DNA from: Thermococcus sp. JdFR-02
Lineage (GTDB): Archaea > Methanobacteriota_B > Thermococci > Thermococcales > Thermococcaceae
Length of the DNA: 64,000 bases
NCBI GenBank assembly: GCA_002009975.1
Contig: MTLP01000002.1
Span: 34,795-98,794 of the forward strand
Direction: 5' to 3'
Part shown: positions 1 to 10,350 of the stretch, in pieces
Position numbering within the stretch: the first letter of the stretch is position 1
How the letters are laid out: every line of letters starts with the position of its first letter
Notes under the pieces: generated by a model
Told to the model about the DNA's origin: nothing
What the model saw: the letters and a program-made list of their open reading frames with translations, nothing else
Databases searched by the model: none
Position numbers and translations under genes: made by a program

Positions 1-349
1 TCATCTAATTGGGAAGAGAGAACTTAGGCTTATGAAGTCAACTGCTATTCTTGTTAATACAGCAAGGGGAAAGGTTATTGACACAAAAGCTTTAATTAAA
101 GCTTTAAAAGAGGGATGGATTGCTGGAGCAGGTTTAGATGTATTTGAGGAAGAACCTTACTACAATGAAGAGCTTTTCAGCTTAGATAATGTGGTTTTAG
201 CACCACATATTGGAAGCGCAACGTATGGTGCGAGAGAAGGGATGGCAGAGCTTGTTGCTAAAAACTTAATAGCCTTTGCCAAAGGTGAAATTCCTCCGAC
301 GCTTGTGAATAAAGAAGTTGTAAAGATCAGAAAGCCAGGATTCGAATGA
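1..349 (+). CDS. gyaR: Glyoxylate reductase / D-2-hydroxyacid dehydrogenase, C-terminal part (5' end outside window)
   Basis: [15 protein letters not shown] and PHIGSAT motifs; frame open from window start. Confidence 0.85.
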   Translation, partial: HLIGKRELRLMKSTAILVNTARGKVIDTKALIKALKEGWIAGAGLDVFEEEPYYNEELFSLDNVVLAPHIGSATYGAREGMAELVAKNLIAFAKGEIPPTLVNKEVVKIRKPGFE

Positions 350-1043
350 AGCGCTTAGCATCTTCACACATAAAGGTATTGTTAAAATAGATGTAGCTCT
401 CACCCTTGTTCCATTCTTTTACTCTCTTTGCGATTTCTTTTAGCTCTTCCTCGCTGTATTTATACTTATAAATAATTCTACCCCTTTCATAAGCTCCGTG
501 AAGGCGGTAATAGTTAAGCATTCCCTCATGGGCTGGCTTTCTAACTAACGGATCTGTTACATCAATTAGGTTAAAATCTCTAACAAATCGCTTTATTGAA
601 TTTTCATTCCAACCTCTAAGCTCAATTGCAATTTCAAACTCTTTTCTATCAATTTCTGAAAAGAACTTTTCAGCATTTTGCCAGCTCTCTTCACTATCTC
701 TAAAGCTCTTTGGAAGCTGGATTAGAATGAACTTAGCCTTTAAAATCTCTGCTTCTCTTAAAGTCTTTCTCCAAAACTCAAAGACTTCCTTTGTTGGCTT
801 TAAAAATCCTACATCTTTACTTGGCGTTACATTACTCCTCCTCCAAGTTGGCGAGCTTTTTGGATGTGTTATTCCCTGAAAAGCTTTGATTGAAAATACA
901 AAATCTTCTGGTGCCTCATTCCTCCACCTTTTGAGGGTTTTCTCTTCCAATATACGGTAAAAAGTTTGCTGAATTTCCACAGTTTTAAAGTCTTGGAAGT
1001 ATTTCTTCTTAGCTTCACAAAAACCGCAAGTTCCTACTAACAT
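327..1043 (-). CDS. DUF72 family protein
   Basis: [29 protein letters not shown] motifs. Confidence 0.85.
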   Translation of the reverse strand: MLVGTCGFCEAKKKYFQDFKTVEIQQTFYRILEEKTLKRWRNEAPEDFVFSIKAFQGITHPKSSPTWRRSNVTPSKDVGFLKPTKEVFEFWRKTLREAEILKAKFILIQLPKSFRDSEESWQNAEKFFSEIDRKEFEIAIELRGWNENSIKRFVRDFNLIDVTDPLVRKPAHEGMLNYYRLHGAYERGRIIYKYKYSEEELKEIAKRVKEWNKGESYIYFNNTFMCEDAKRFIRILAF

Positions 1044-1086
1044 ACGCTCACCAAGAATAAACTTAGAAATTCAATGCTAATTACCT

Positions 1087-1767
1087 TTACTCCTTCCACT
1101 CCAAATGTGCTCTTTTAACGCTCAGAATACCTGAGTAAGTGTACTCATCAAAATATCTTTCAACTTCATCAAAGATTATTCTTGCTTTGAAAAAAGGAGC
1201 ATCTTTAACAAAGGTCTCAAATTCGCCGCCTTCACCGCCTATGTGAATTCCATATTTTTGATTTAGCCTTTTGAGTTCTTCAACTGCTTTTTCATCAATT
1301 TTCCTTCCAAGCCACTCTTTTCCTAATCCGTAAGCAGAAACCCCAACAATAATGATGTCAAATCCTGCATGTATCATCTCTCTCAAAAGCTGCTCAGAAT
1401 TTTTGTGCCAAAGGGGAGTGTAGCTTACTAAACCAAGCTCATGACACACTTTTTCAATCCGAGTTCTCTGATATTCGCTCTCCAATGCTCCAGCAACAAT
1501 ACCATCAATATTTAAATCCTCTAAAACCTTTTTCAAATCTTCAACTTCTTTTTCCTCTTCTCCACTTGTGTATCCCTTAATAAGTGGGATTCCTATAGCT
1601 TTAGCTTGTAAATCGGTTAAATGTATGTTAGGGACGTGATACATGTAGCTTTCTTCACTTTTAGAATGCATACTAACCAAATGCTTCACTTCAAATCCCT
1701 GCTGAAGAGCCCAATACAAAGCATAAGTTGAATCCTTTCCTCCAGAAAATAAAGCTGCTAATCTCAT
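1087..1767 (-). CDS. Diphthine--ammonia ligase (Dph6 family PP-loop ATPase)
   Basis: SGGKDS PP-loop, [13 protein letters not shown]. Confidence 0.85.
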   Translation of the reverse strand: MRLAALFSGGKDSTYALYWALQQGFEVKHLVSMHSKSEESYMYHVPNIHLTDLQAKAIGIPLIKGYTSGEEEKEVEDLKKVLEDLNIDGIVAGALESEYQRTRIEKVCHELGLVSYTPLWHKNSEQLLREMIHAGFDIIIVGVSAYGLGKEWLGRKIDEKAVEELKRLNQKYGIHIGGEGGEFETFVKDAPFFKARIIFDEVERYFDEYTYSGILSVKRAHLEWKE

Positions 1768-1859
1768 TTTTGTCCCTCGAAAATTTTAAAACTACCTATT
1801 TCTTAATAAATTTTGGCTTTTAAATTTGGCTTGATTTTTGCCAAACTGGAGGTGATTCT

Positions 1860-3140
1860 TTGAAGGCAGTGATTCTAGCAGCTGGCTTAGGTACAAGGCT
1901 AGGTTCCTTAACAGAAGAAGTTCCAAAGGGGCTTTTAAGAATAGCTGGGCGAGAAATACTTTACCGCACAATGAAAGCTTTAGAGGAGCTTGGGATTGAA
2001 GAATTTATTGTGGTTACAAATCCCAAGTATAAAAGCAAATTTGAGGAGTTTTTAAACAGAGAAGGCTTCAAACATAAGATTATCCTGAATAAAAGCCCTG
2101 AAAGGGGGAATGGATACTCCCTCTACTTAGCTAAGGATTATGTTAGTGATAAATTTGTTTTAGTAATGAGCGATCATCTCTATGAGAAGGCTTTTTTTGA
2201 GAGAGCCTTGAAATGTGAAGGACTGGTAATTGACAAAATTGGAATGTTTATAAACAAGAAAGAGGCAACAAAGGTTTTATACGAAAATGAGAGAATTAGA
2301 GACATTGGAAAGCATTTAGAGAGATGGGATGGATTTGATACAGGCTTCTTTATCCTAACTCCAGAAATTTTTAGTTATGCTGAAGAGATTATCAAGGAAA
2401 AAGCAAAAGCAGAATTGAGTGAAATAGTAAAGAGAGCAAAGCTTAAAGTTAGCGAAGTAAGCGGTTACTTTTGGGTGGATATTGACACTCCAAGCGAATT
2501 AAAAAGAGCTAGGCGAGAAATAATAAAGAACTCAATAAAGGGAGTTGGAGATGGATTGATTTCAAGAACAATAAATAGGAAAATCTCAACAAGGATATCG
2601 GGGGTTCTCATTGATTACGTTACTCCAAATCAAATGACTGTGATAACTTTCTTCCTTGGAATCGTTTCAGCGTTAGTTGCTTTGTTTAATATACCTTTAG
2701 CTGGTGCTCTATATCAAGTAAGCTCAATTCTTGATGGTGTTGATGGAGAGATAGCTAGGGCTTCAATGAGAATGAGCAAGTTTGGTGGATGGATGGATTC
2801 CATTTTAGATAGATACGTTGATTTCGCATTTCTTTTAGCGTTAGCATTTTCAATAAATCCGAGTCTCAGGCTTTGGGTCATTATAGCTTTAGCGATATTC
2901 GGTTCATTTATGGTTAGTTATTCAACCGAGCGTTACAAGGCAGCTTATTCCAAAGATATCTATAAAGAGATCCCTGCCATGAAATATTTAATTGGTAAGA
3001 GAGACGAGAGAATATTTCTAGCGATGATCTTCTGTTTAATTAATAGAATACCAGAGCTTTTCGTCTTATTGGCAATGATAACCAATTTACGCATAGTTTT
3101 AACGGTTTGGCTAGCATGGAAGCATGACAAAAATATTTAA
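1860..3140 (+). CDS. Bifunctional inositol-1-phosphate cytidylyltransferase / DIPP synthase (IPCT/DIPPS)
   Basis: N-terminal LAAGLGTRL..PK nucleotidyltransferase plus DGVDGEIAR...G.WMDSILD CDP-alcohol phosphotransferase motif; adjacent to inositol-phosphate synthase. Confidence 0.9.
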   Translation: MKAVILAAGLGTRLGSLTEEVPKGLLRIAGREILYRTMKALEELGIEEFIVVTNPKYKSKFEEFLNREGFKHKIILNKSPERGNGYSLYLAKDYVSDKFVLVMSDHLYEKAFFERALKCEGLVIDKIGMFINKKEATKVLYENERIRDIGKHLERWDGFDTGFFILTPEIFSYAEEIIKEKAKAELSEIVKRAKLKVSEVSGYFWVDIDTPSELKRARREIIKNSIKGVGDGLISRTINRKISTRISGVLIDYVTPNQMTVITFFLGIVSALVALFNIPLAGALYQVSSILDGVDGEIARASMRMSKFGGWMDSILDRYVDFAFLLALAFSINPSLRLWVIIALAIFGSFMVSYSTERYKAAYSKDIYKEIPAMKYLIGKRDERIFLAMIFCLINRIPELFVLLAMITNLRIVLTVWLAWKHDKNI

Positions 3141-3252
3141 AAGTTCTAAACTCAATTATTATTTTAGAGGTAATTTTTTGCATCTTGACAGTCTTTGTCA
3201 TGACTTTTTAGCACCTTAGGGTTGTATTTAATCCTTGACATTTGATCCAATG

Positions 3253-3269
3253 TATCACCGAAAGTGTTA
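3253..3269. promoter_or_regulatory. TGM-like (TrmBL1/Tgr) operator overlapping the BRE/TATA of ino1
   Basis: TATCAC-CGAAA-GTGTTA, 11/12 match to TATCAC-N5-GTGATA, running into TTATAAA. Confidence 0.45.
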
Positions 3270-3360
3270 TAAACTCAAAGAGACTTTAAGCTGTAAAATA
3301 TTACAAAACCAAAAACTATTTAATATTTATAAAATATAGCAAATGCAGGAGGTTAGAAAG

Positions 3361-4512
3361 ATGGTTAAGGTTGTGATATTAGGACAGGGATACGTCGGAA
3401 GCATTTTTGCCCTTGGAGTTGAGAGGATAAAAAATGGTGATCTCGGCTATTATGGAGTCCCATTGGCAAACGAACTCCCAATAAAAATTGAGGAGATTGA
3501 GATTGTTGGGAGTTATGACGTCGATAAAAGCAAGATTGGAAGATCTCTTTATGAAGTAGTAAAGCTGTATTGGGATAATAATATCCCAGAGAGTCTAAAA
3601 AGCATTGTTGTAAGAAAGGGGATTCATTTAAGAAGCTTAAAAAATCTTCCAATTGAGGCAGAAGGATTGGAGGATGAAATGACATTAAGTGAAGTCGTTG
3701 AAAAGTTGATTGAAGAGTGGAAAGATCTTAAGGCAGAGGTCTTTATAAACGTCTGCACAACTGAAGCTTCTGTTCCCTTTGAAAGTAAGGAAGAGCTGAT
3801 AAAGGCAATTGAAGAGAATAATAAGGAAAGATTAACCGCTACTCAAGTTTACACCTATGCAATTGCCAAATATGCCAAAGAGGTTGGAGGAGCTGCTTTT
3901 GTTAATGCAATTCCAACCTTAATAGCAAATGATCCCGCCTTTGTTGAGCTTGCAAAGGAAAGCAACTTAGTGATCTTTGGAGATGACGGAGCAACAGGAG
4001 CAACACCTTTAACAGCTGATATTCTCTCTCACTTAGCCCAAAGGAACAGGTATGTTAAGGATATTGCCCAATTCAACATAGGAGGAAATACGGACTTCTT
4101 AGCATTGACAGACAAAGAGAGAAACAAGAGTAAAGAATTTACAAAATCAAGCATTGTTAAAGACATTCTCGGTTATGATGCGCCACACTACATAAAGCCC
4201 ACCGGTTTCTTAGAACCTTTGGGAGACAAGAAGTTCATTGCAATGCACATCGAGTATGTGAGCTTCAACGGAGCAGTTGATGAGCTTATGATTACTGGAA
4301 GAATAAATGATAGCCCTGCATTGGCAGGTCTTTTAGTGGATTTGGCAAGGCTTGGGAAGTTAGCTATCGAGAGGAGAGAGTTTGGAACAGTCTATCCAGT
4401 GAATGCGTTTTACATGAAAAACCCCGGTCCAAAAGAAATGGGCAACATTCCAAGGATAATTGCCTATGAAAAAATGAGAGTTTGGGCTGGATTAAATCCA
4501 AAATGGTTCTGA
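3361..4512 (+). CDS. ino1: myo-inositol-1-phosphate synthase
   Basis: GQGYVG, GDDGATGAT, FNIGGNTDF, DSPALAG; start placed at ATG 3361 after GGAGG. Confidence 0.92.
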   Translation: MVKVVILGQGYVGSIFALGVERIKNGDLGYYGVPLANELPIKIEEIEIVGSYDVDKSKIGRSLYEVVKLYWDNNIPESLKSIVVRKGIHLRSLKNLPIEAEGLEDEMTLSEVVEKLIEEWKDLKAEVFINVCTTEASVPFESKEELIKAIEENNKERLTATQVYTYAIAKYAKEVGGAAFVNAIPTLIANDPAFVELAKESNLVIFGDDGATGATPLTADILSHLAQRNRYVKDIAQFNIGGNTDFLALTDKERNKSKEFTKSSIVKDILGYDAPHYIKPTGFLEPLGDKKFIAMHIEYVSFNGAVDELMITGRINDSPALAGLLVDLARLGKLAIERREFGTVYPVNAFYMKNPGPKEMGNIPRIIAYEKMRVWAGLNPKWF

Positions 4513-4598
4513 AATATCTATTTTCAATTCATATTTTTCTCTCTTTGGGAGCAAATTAAGGGAAGGTTTTTAAACTCCTTACCACTTCTCAAGATTGG

Positions 4599-5222
4599 GT
4601 GGTACCCTTGAGGTTTAAGGGCAAAACTTTTGGAAAAAATGTTAGGATTGAATTTGAGATATTAACCCTCAGCGAGCTTCAAATCGAAGATTTGGGAGAT
4701 TTTGATGTTAAAAATTTAAAAATCGAATTGCGTTCAACTTCATCTGGTCTTAAAATAATTGGGATTTGGGAAGGCAAGGTTGAAAATGCTGGTGAGGGTA
4801 TTAAAAAAGCCCTTGAAGAGAGCTATAAGTTAAAAGATAGATTGCTTAAAAGGATGAGGACAAAAGTAGAGAGCATAAGGAGCACAATGAATAGACTGGG
4901 GTTCAAAGAAGAGGTTTTAGGTTATGGAAATTTGATAAAATTCACAAAAAAAGTTGGCGACTATGAGATTGTGGTATTGGCTTCAGCAAGAGACGACTCA
5001 ATAAGGGTTGAAGTTTATGGAAATGATAAAAAGATTATAACGCCTGAAGTTGAAGCTCTCTTTGAAGATGTTGACATTGAAGAGCTCGAAGCCTATGATT
5101 TAGAAAGTGAAAGACAAGAGGAGAGATTGGTCATTAACATTGAGCTACCAAAAGGGGAAGAGAAACCAGAGAAGAAAATCGCTGAAGCAATAAGGCTCAT
5201 CGAAAATCTGTTAATGACTTAA
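4599..5222 (+). CDS. Hypothetical protein
   Basis: 207-aa ORF with host-like codon usage, preceded by a TATA-like TTTTAAA. Confidence 0.65.
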   Translation: MVPLRFKGKTFGKNVRIEFEILTLSELQIEDLGDFDVKNLKIELRSTSSGLKIIGIWEGKVENAGEGIKKALEESYKLKDRLLKRMRTKVESIRSTMNRLGFKEEVLGYGNLIKFTKKVGDYEIVVLASARDDSIRVEVYGNDKKIITPEVEALFEDVDIEELEAYDLESERQEERLVINIELPKGEEKPEKKIAEAIRLIENLLMT

Positions 5223-5225
5223 GCT

Positions 5226-5242
5226 TATCACCTTTAGTGTTT
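5226..5242. promoter_or_regulatory. TGM-like site upstream of the pgk TATA box
   Basis: TATCAC-CTTTA-GTGTTT about 20 bp upstream of TTTTATAA. Confidence 0.4.
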
Positions 5243-5288
5243 AAATAACCTTTTAACTGCTTTTTATAAACATTTTCTTGGTGGTGGA

Positions 5289-6518
5289 ATGTTTAAGCTC
5301 ACGGATTTTGATTATCACAATAAAACTGTGTTTTTAAGAGCTGATTTAAATTCACCAGTGAAAAATGGGAAGATAATCAGCGATGCAAGGTTTAGGGGAG
5401 TTTTGCCCACGATACTGTATCTTCTTGAGCATGGAGCAAAAGTTGTAGTCTCAACCCATCAAAGCAAGCCGTACAATGAAGATTATATAACAACGGAACA
5501 GCATGCAGAGATCTTGAGCAATCTCCTAGGTCAGGAGGTTGAGTATGTTGAAGACATTTTTGGGAAATATGCGAGGGATAAAATAAGAGCTTTAAAATCG
5601 GGTGAAATAATAATGCTTGAAAATCTCCGCTTTGCCGCTGAAGAGGTTAAATATAAACCTTTAGAGGACTGTGAGAGGACGTATTTTGTACGAAAGCTGG
5701 TGCCTCTAATAGATTATGTGGTAAATGATGCCTTTGCAGCTTCCCATCGCTCACAACCTTCTCTGGTAGGATTTGCACGCCTAAAGCCAATGATAATGGG
5801 CTTTTTAATGGAGAAGGAAATTAAAGCTCTAAAGAAGGCTTATGAGAGTGATGAGAGACCTAAAATTTATGTATTGGGTGGAGCAAAAGTTGGTGATTCT
5901 TTACAAGTTGCAGAAAACGTGCTAACTCAAGGAAAAGCCGATTTAATTCTAACTGGCGGCTTAGTCGGACAAATCTTCACATTAGCTAAAGGCTTTGATT
6001 TAGGTGATGCCAATATAGAGTTCTTGGAGAAAAAGGGATTAATAGAACTGGTGGATTGGGCAGAGAGGCTTTTAGACATGTTCTATACCTTAATTAGAAC
6101 GCCCGTAGATTTTGCCATAAATTATAGAGGAGAAAGGTTTGAGATTGATTTGCTAAGCGATGAAAAGAAGTTTTTTGATGAATATGCTATAATGGACATT
6201 GGAAGCAGAACTGTAGAAAAGTATGCACAGATATTAAAAGAGGCTAGCATTATAGTTGCTAACGGTCCAATGGGAATATTTGAAGTTGAAGAGTTTGCTA
6301 AAGGAACGGTAGGCGTGTTTAGAGCTATAGGAAAAAGTGGTGCATTCTCTATTATTGGGGGAGGACATAGTATAGCCAGCATTTACAAGTATAACATTCA
6401 AGGAATTAGTCATATAAGCACTGGCGGTGGAGCAATGTTGAATTTCTTTGGGGGTAAAGGTTTACCTGTTTTAGAAGCTTTGAAGATAAGCTATGAAATT
6501 TTTAAAGATAAAATTTAG
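5289..6518 (+). CDS. pgk: Phosphoglycerate kinase
   Basis: RADLNSP, LENLRF, NDAFAASHR, NGPMGIFE, GGGH, STGGGA. Confidence 0.96.
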   Translation: MFKLTDFDYHNKTVFLRADLNSPVKNGKIISDARFRGVLPTILYLLEHGAKVVVSTHQSKPYNEDYITTEQHAEILSNLLGQEVEYVEDIFGKYARDKIRALKSGEIIMLENLRFAAEEVKYKPLEDCERTYFVRKLVPLIDYVVNDAFAASHRSQPSLVGFARLKPMIMGFLMEKEIKALKKAYESDERPKIYVLGGAKVGDSLQVAENVLTQGKADLILTGGLVGQIFTLAKGFDLGDANIEFLEKKGLIELVDWAERLLDMFYTLIRTPVDFAINYRGERFEIDLLSDEKKFFDEYAIMDIGSRTVEKYAQILKEASIIVANGPMGIFEVEEFAKGTVGVFRAIGKSGAFSIIGGGHSIASIYKYNIQGISHISTGGGAMLNFFGGKGLPVLEALKISYEIFKDKI

Positions 6519-6531
6519 ATGAGAAGATTGA

Positions 6532-7296
6532 TTATTCAATCGTAGCCCTCTCAAAGGAATACATTGCAATTCCAAGTAAAGCGATGCTTAACAGAGCTAA
6601 AACACTCAAATCTGTCGTTATTGGAAATTTTGAAGTACCTAACAAGAAATATCTCGATCCGTCAACTGCATAGGTTAAAGGATTTATATGTGCTAAAACC
6701 TGCATCCAATTGGGCATTGTGTCTATTGGATAAAAAGCTCCGCTCAGGAAAAGCAATGGAAGCATTAGAAAGCTCATTATCATTTGAAAGCCTTCCATAC
6801 TCGTCATTCTCAAAGCTAAGCTAACGCCAAAGCTTGCAAATGCTACTGCTAACATGAAGCCAATTAGCAAAACAAATGGAATTCCTGAGACTTTTAGGCT
6901 ATCCGCTATCATAAACATCAAAAGCAAGATTACAGTTCCTTGGAAGAGTGATGTCAGTGAATCGCCTACAATTCTACCCACTATAGCGGCTTTCCTAGAA
7001 GCTGGTGCAACAAGGATCTCCTTTAGAAATCCAAACTGCTTATCCCAAATAACGCTTATTCCACTTATGAAACTTGAATTAAATATCGTCATTGCTACAA
7101 TGCCCGGAGCAAGGAATGAAAGATAATCTACCCCTCCAAATATTTGTCTTGCCATAGGGAAGTTGAAGACTTCACTCCACCCAAGTCCAAAGAATATCAA
7201 CCATATTATTGGATTTACAAAGCTCCCAATAACTCTTGAGCGAGCTCTTGTAAAGCGCTTAAGCTGGCGATAGGCAAGTGTTATAAATGCATTCAT
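6532..7296 (-). CDS. ABC-2 type exporter permease (DrrB-like)
   Basis: Six hydrophobic segments, LSGAFYP and NPLTYAVD motifs. Confidence 0.88.
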   Translation of the reverse strand: MNAFITLAYRQLKRFTRARSRVIGSFVNPIIWLIFFGLGWSEVFNFPMARQIFGGVDYLSFLAPGIVAMTIFNSSFISGISVIWDKQFGFLKEILVAPASRKAAIVGRIVGDSLTSLFQGTVILLLMFMIADSLKVSGIPFVLLIGFMLAVAFASFGVSLALRMTSMEGFQMIMSFLMLPLLFLSGAFYPIDTMPNWMQVLAHINPLTYAVDGSRYFLLGTSKFPITTDLSVLALLSIALLGIAMYSFERATIE

Positions 7297-8273
7297 CTGA
7301 ATCTCCTCCTAGCAACTGTCTTTAATATAGCAAAACTTTCCCCATTTTCTTCCCTAATCTCCCTTCCTGTCAAATAAAGGAACACATCATTTAGCGTTGG
7401 CTTATGATAACTCACTTCAAGAATTTTCCAACTTTTTTGGATTGAAAGCTCGAAAATCTTTGGAATTGCCTCACTTGCATTTTCAACCCCCAACTCTATC
7501 CTTCCATCCGGTAAAATCTTGCAATCCTTAATAAACTCCGCCTTTATACACTCAATCATTCCATTTGTGAACTTCAAGTACACTACGTCATTTCCAATAA
7601 GTCTCTTAAGCTCATCTGCTGTTCCCTCTGCTATAATTTTACCGTGGTCAATTATTGCTATTCTATCAGCTAACTGATCAGCTTCATCCATGTAATGCGT
7701 CGTTAGAAAAATCGTCATATCCCTCTCTTTCTTCATCCTCTTTATATACTCCCAAATATGAGCTCGTGTATGTGGATCTAAGCCTATTGTAGGTTCATCT
7801 AAAAAGAGAATCTCAGGTTCATGAATCAAAGCTCTTGCAATCTCCAAACGTCTTGCCATCCCGCCACTAAATGTTTTAACGACCTTATCCTTAAACCTCT
7901 CAAGCTCGACAAATTTTAAAAGATCGTTGATTCTTTCTTTAAGCTTAATTCCATTGTATCCATAGATTTTACCATGAATATACATGTTCTCATAAGCCGT
8001 TAATTCTCTATCCAAGCTTGGATCTTGAAAAACTATCCCAATTTTCTTGCGAACTTCGCTCGGTTCCTTAACAACATCATAACCAGCAACTGTAGCTCTT
8101 CCCTCCGTTGGTTTTAGGAGCGTCGTTAACATGTTTATTGTGGTTGTCTTTCCAGCACCATTTGGACCTAAAAATGCAAAGATCTCGCCTTTTTTGACTG
8201 TAAAATTAACATGATCAACTGCTATTAAATCGCCGAATCTTTTGGTTAAGTTCTCAACTTCAATTGCATACAT
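7293..8273 (-). CDS. ABC exporter ATP-binding protein (DrrA-like)
   Basis: GPNGAGKTT, FSGGM, LFLDEPT, TTHY. Confidence 0.92.
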   Translation of the reverse strand: MYAIEVENLTKRFGDLIAVDHVNFTVKKGEIFAFLGPNGAGKTTTINMLTTLLKPTEGRATVAGYDVVKEPSEVRKKIGIVFQDPSLDRELTAYENMYIHGKIYGYNGIKLKERINDLLKFVELERFKDKVVKTFSGGMARRLEIARALIHEPEILFLDEPTIGLDPHTRAHIWEYIKRMKKERDMTIFLTTHYMDEADQLADRIAIIDHGKIIAEGTADELKRLIGNDVVYLKFTNGMIECIKAEFIKDCKILPDGRIELGVENASEAIPKIFELSIQKSWKILEVSYHKPTLNDVFLYLTGREIREENGESFAILKTVARRRFR

Positions 8274-8738
8274 TCAATCACCACCAAATTCCACAATAAA
8301 TTTTATTTCTCTGGCGCATTTTCGCATTAACTCTCCTAATTTCTCCTTTTGCTCATCATTAAGTTCAGGGAACTTTTTAATCATCAAGAATATCGCATCC
8401 CTCAATTCTCTTCCTCCCAAGTTGAAAAACTCACCCATCACTTTAGCGTGATTTAACACTCTTTCAAGTTCTTTTTTATGTTCTTCGAGGTACTTTTTGC
8501 CATTTTCTGTGATTTTATATGTTTTCTTTTCTCTTTTTCCTTTTCCAACAGTCTCTATAAGACCACTTTTCTTTAAACTTGATAATGTGGGATAGATTAT
8601 TCCAGCACTCGGTCTGTAGTCACTAAACAGCTCACTCAGCTTTTGCATTATTGCATAACCATGCAAAGGTTCCTTCTCTAGAACATAGAGGATTAGAAGC
8701 TTGAGCGATCCTTTAAACTTTCTAAGCACGCTTTCCAT
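8274..8738 (-). CDS. PadR family transcriptional regulator
   Basis: LHGYAIM...SAGIIYPTL...KTYKITENG; first gene of the ABC operon. Confidence 0.88.
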   Translation of the reverse strand: MESVLRKFKGSLKLLILYVLEKEPLHGYAIMQKLSELFSDYRPSAGIIYPTLSSLKKSGLIETVGKGKREKKTYKITENGKKYLEEHKKELERVLNHAKVMGEFFNLGGRELRDAIFLMIKKFPELNDEQKEKLGELMRKCAREIKFIVEFGGD

Positions 8739-8808
8739 ATTATCACCGATATGTCTTCAGATATATCTAGAGTTATAAGACTTTCGGTATCTTTATATAT
8801 TCGGGGTA

Positions 8809-8838
8809 CGAAATACTTCTGGGGGCAGAAGTAGTTCG
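8809..8838. promoter_or_regulatory. Inverted repeat between the TATA box and start of the archaeal ATPase gene
   Basis: CGAA-A-TACTTCTG-GGGG-CAGAAGTA-G-TTCG; TTTATATA at 8792-8799. Confidence 0.5.
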
Positions 8839-8849
8839 GAGGGCTGTAA

Positions 8850-9917
8850 ATGCTATTTGATTTGAGACCAAAAGAAAAGAGAGAGGAATTATTTGATAGA
8901 GAGAAAGAGCTTAAAGAGACTCTGGATGCATTTGATAGATATTCCTTAGTTTTGTTACTTGGAATCAGGAGAATTGGCAAAAGTTCACTTCTTCGGGTTG
9001 CAATAAATGAATCTGAGAATATTGGAATAATAATAGATGCAAGAAAGCTATATCTCAAAGGCAGCCTTAATGAGAGCGCTGTTCTGAATGAAATGGGCAA
9101 GATTAAAGGATACTTCAAAAAGCTGAAGCTCAGAGAAGTTGATCTTAAGTTTTTGAAATTTGATGTAAACAGTAACAAACACTTAGTTGATATATTTGAA
9201 GAGCTTAACAGGCTTGGAGAGAAGAGTGGAAGGAGAATTATCTTAGCATTTGATGAAGCCCAATATCTAAGGTTTTATGGAAACAGGGGCGGGCGTGATT
9301 TATTGGTTCTTTTTGCTTATACCTATGATAATTTGGAAAATATAACACTCGTTTTCACAGGTTCTGAGGTTGGTCTTTTGCACAGCTACTTAAACCTTGA
9401 AAATTATGAAATGCCATTGTATGGTAGATTAGCAAAAGAGATTACAGTCGAACCTTTTTCTCGGGAGGTTTCATTTGAATTTTTGAGACAGGGATTTAGA
9501 GAACTTGGGATTAATGCTCCAGACCATCACATTGAGCTTGCAATTGATCACTTAGATGGGATTCCCGGGTGGCTTGTAGAATTCGGAACAATTTATGCTG
9601 AAACTAGGAACTTTGAAATATCGCTTGATCAAACATTTAGGAGAGCCAAGAACACAATACACAATGAGATTAGAGAGTTAGAAAAAAGAAGCAATAAATA
9701 CCGGTTCGTTTTAAAAGCAATAGCCTTGGGATGGGATAGATGGAAGAACATAAAAGAGTATCTACATGCAAGAAAGATTAGAACCTCCGATTCAAGATTA
9801 TCCGAGATTTTAAGAAATCTTGAGAAGATGGGCTGGATTAAAATGGAGCTTAGGGATGGTAAAAAGGTATACAAGATAATAGATCCAGTTGTGGAACAGA
9901 TTTTAAAGGGTGATTAG
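8850..9917 (+). CDS. Archaeal AAA ATPase (ATPase_2 type) with C-terminal winged HTH
   Basis: LFDRE, GIRRIGKSS Walker A, FDEAQ Walker B, TGSE, GIPGWL. Confidence 0.85.
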   Translation: MLFDLRPKEKREELFDREKELKETLDAFDRYSLVLLLGIRRIGKSSLLRVAINESENIGIIIDARKLYLKGSLNESAVLNEMGKIKGYFKKLKLREVDLKFLKFDVNSNKHLVDIFEELNRLGEKSGRRIILAFDEAQYLRFYGNRGGRDLLVLFAYTYDNLENITLVFTGSEVGLLHSYLNLENYEMPLYGRLAKEITVEPFSREVSFEFLRQGFRELGINAPDHHIELAIDHLDGIPGWLVEFGTIYAETRNFEISLDQTFRRAKNTIHNEIRELEKRSNKYRFVLKAIALGWDRWKNIKEYLHARKIRTSDSRLSEILRNLEKMGWIKMELRDGKKVYKIIDPVVEQILKGD

Positions 9918-10350
9918 GGTGAGGCTTATCCTAAAACCCCTCTTTGGAGTGGAACTTCCCCCAGAATTTGTGGAGATTTTAAAGTCTAAGTTAAAGGGAA
10001 GAGAAGTTAAGGAAGGTGAAACAATAGAGATTGATCTTTTGGGGAAGTCTTTGAGCTTTAAAGTTGTATATGCTGAGCCCAAAGAATTTAAAGTTGATGT
10101 AAGGACGAAAATTGAACTAACGGAGAGAGAAGTTGTTCCAATAAGTTTTGAATTTGAAGAGCCTGTTAAAGATGTTATTCCCTTTGAGAAAGGGCTTGTT
10201 ATGGTCTTTGAAAATGAGGTTCTAATCTTAAACCAAGAAGGGCATAAAATTTTTAATATGAAGTTCGAGAAAATAACAAAGATTGTAATAAATGGAAATG
10301 TAGTGACGGTGGTTCATAATGACAAAAAGCTCACAATCATTCGAGTTTGA
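9910..10350 (+). CDS. Hypothetical protein with Cdc48 N-domain-like N-terminus
   Basis: LKGREVKEGETIEI...FKVVYAEP resembles Cdc48 domain 2; overlaps neighbours in an operon. Confidence 0.55.
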   Translation: MIRVRLILKPLFGVELPPEFVEILKSKLKGREVKEGETIEIDLLGKSLSFKVVYAEPKEFKVDVRTKIELTEREVVPISFEFEEPVKDVIPFEKGLVMVFENEVLILNQEGHKIFNMKFEKITKIVINGNVVTVVHNDKKLTIIRV

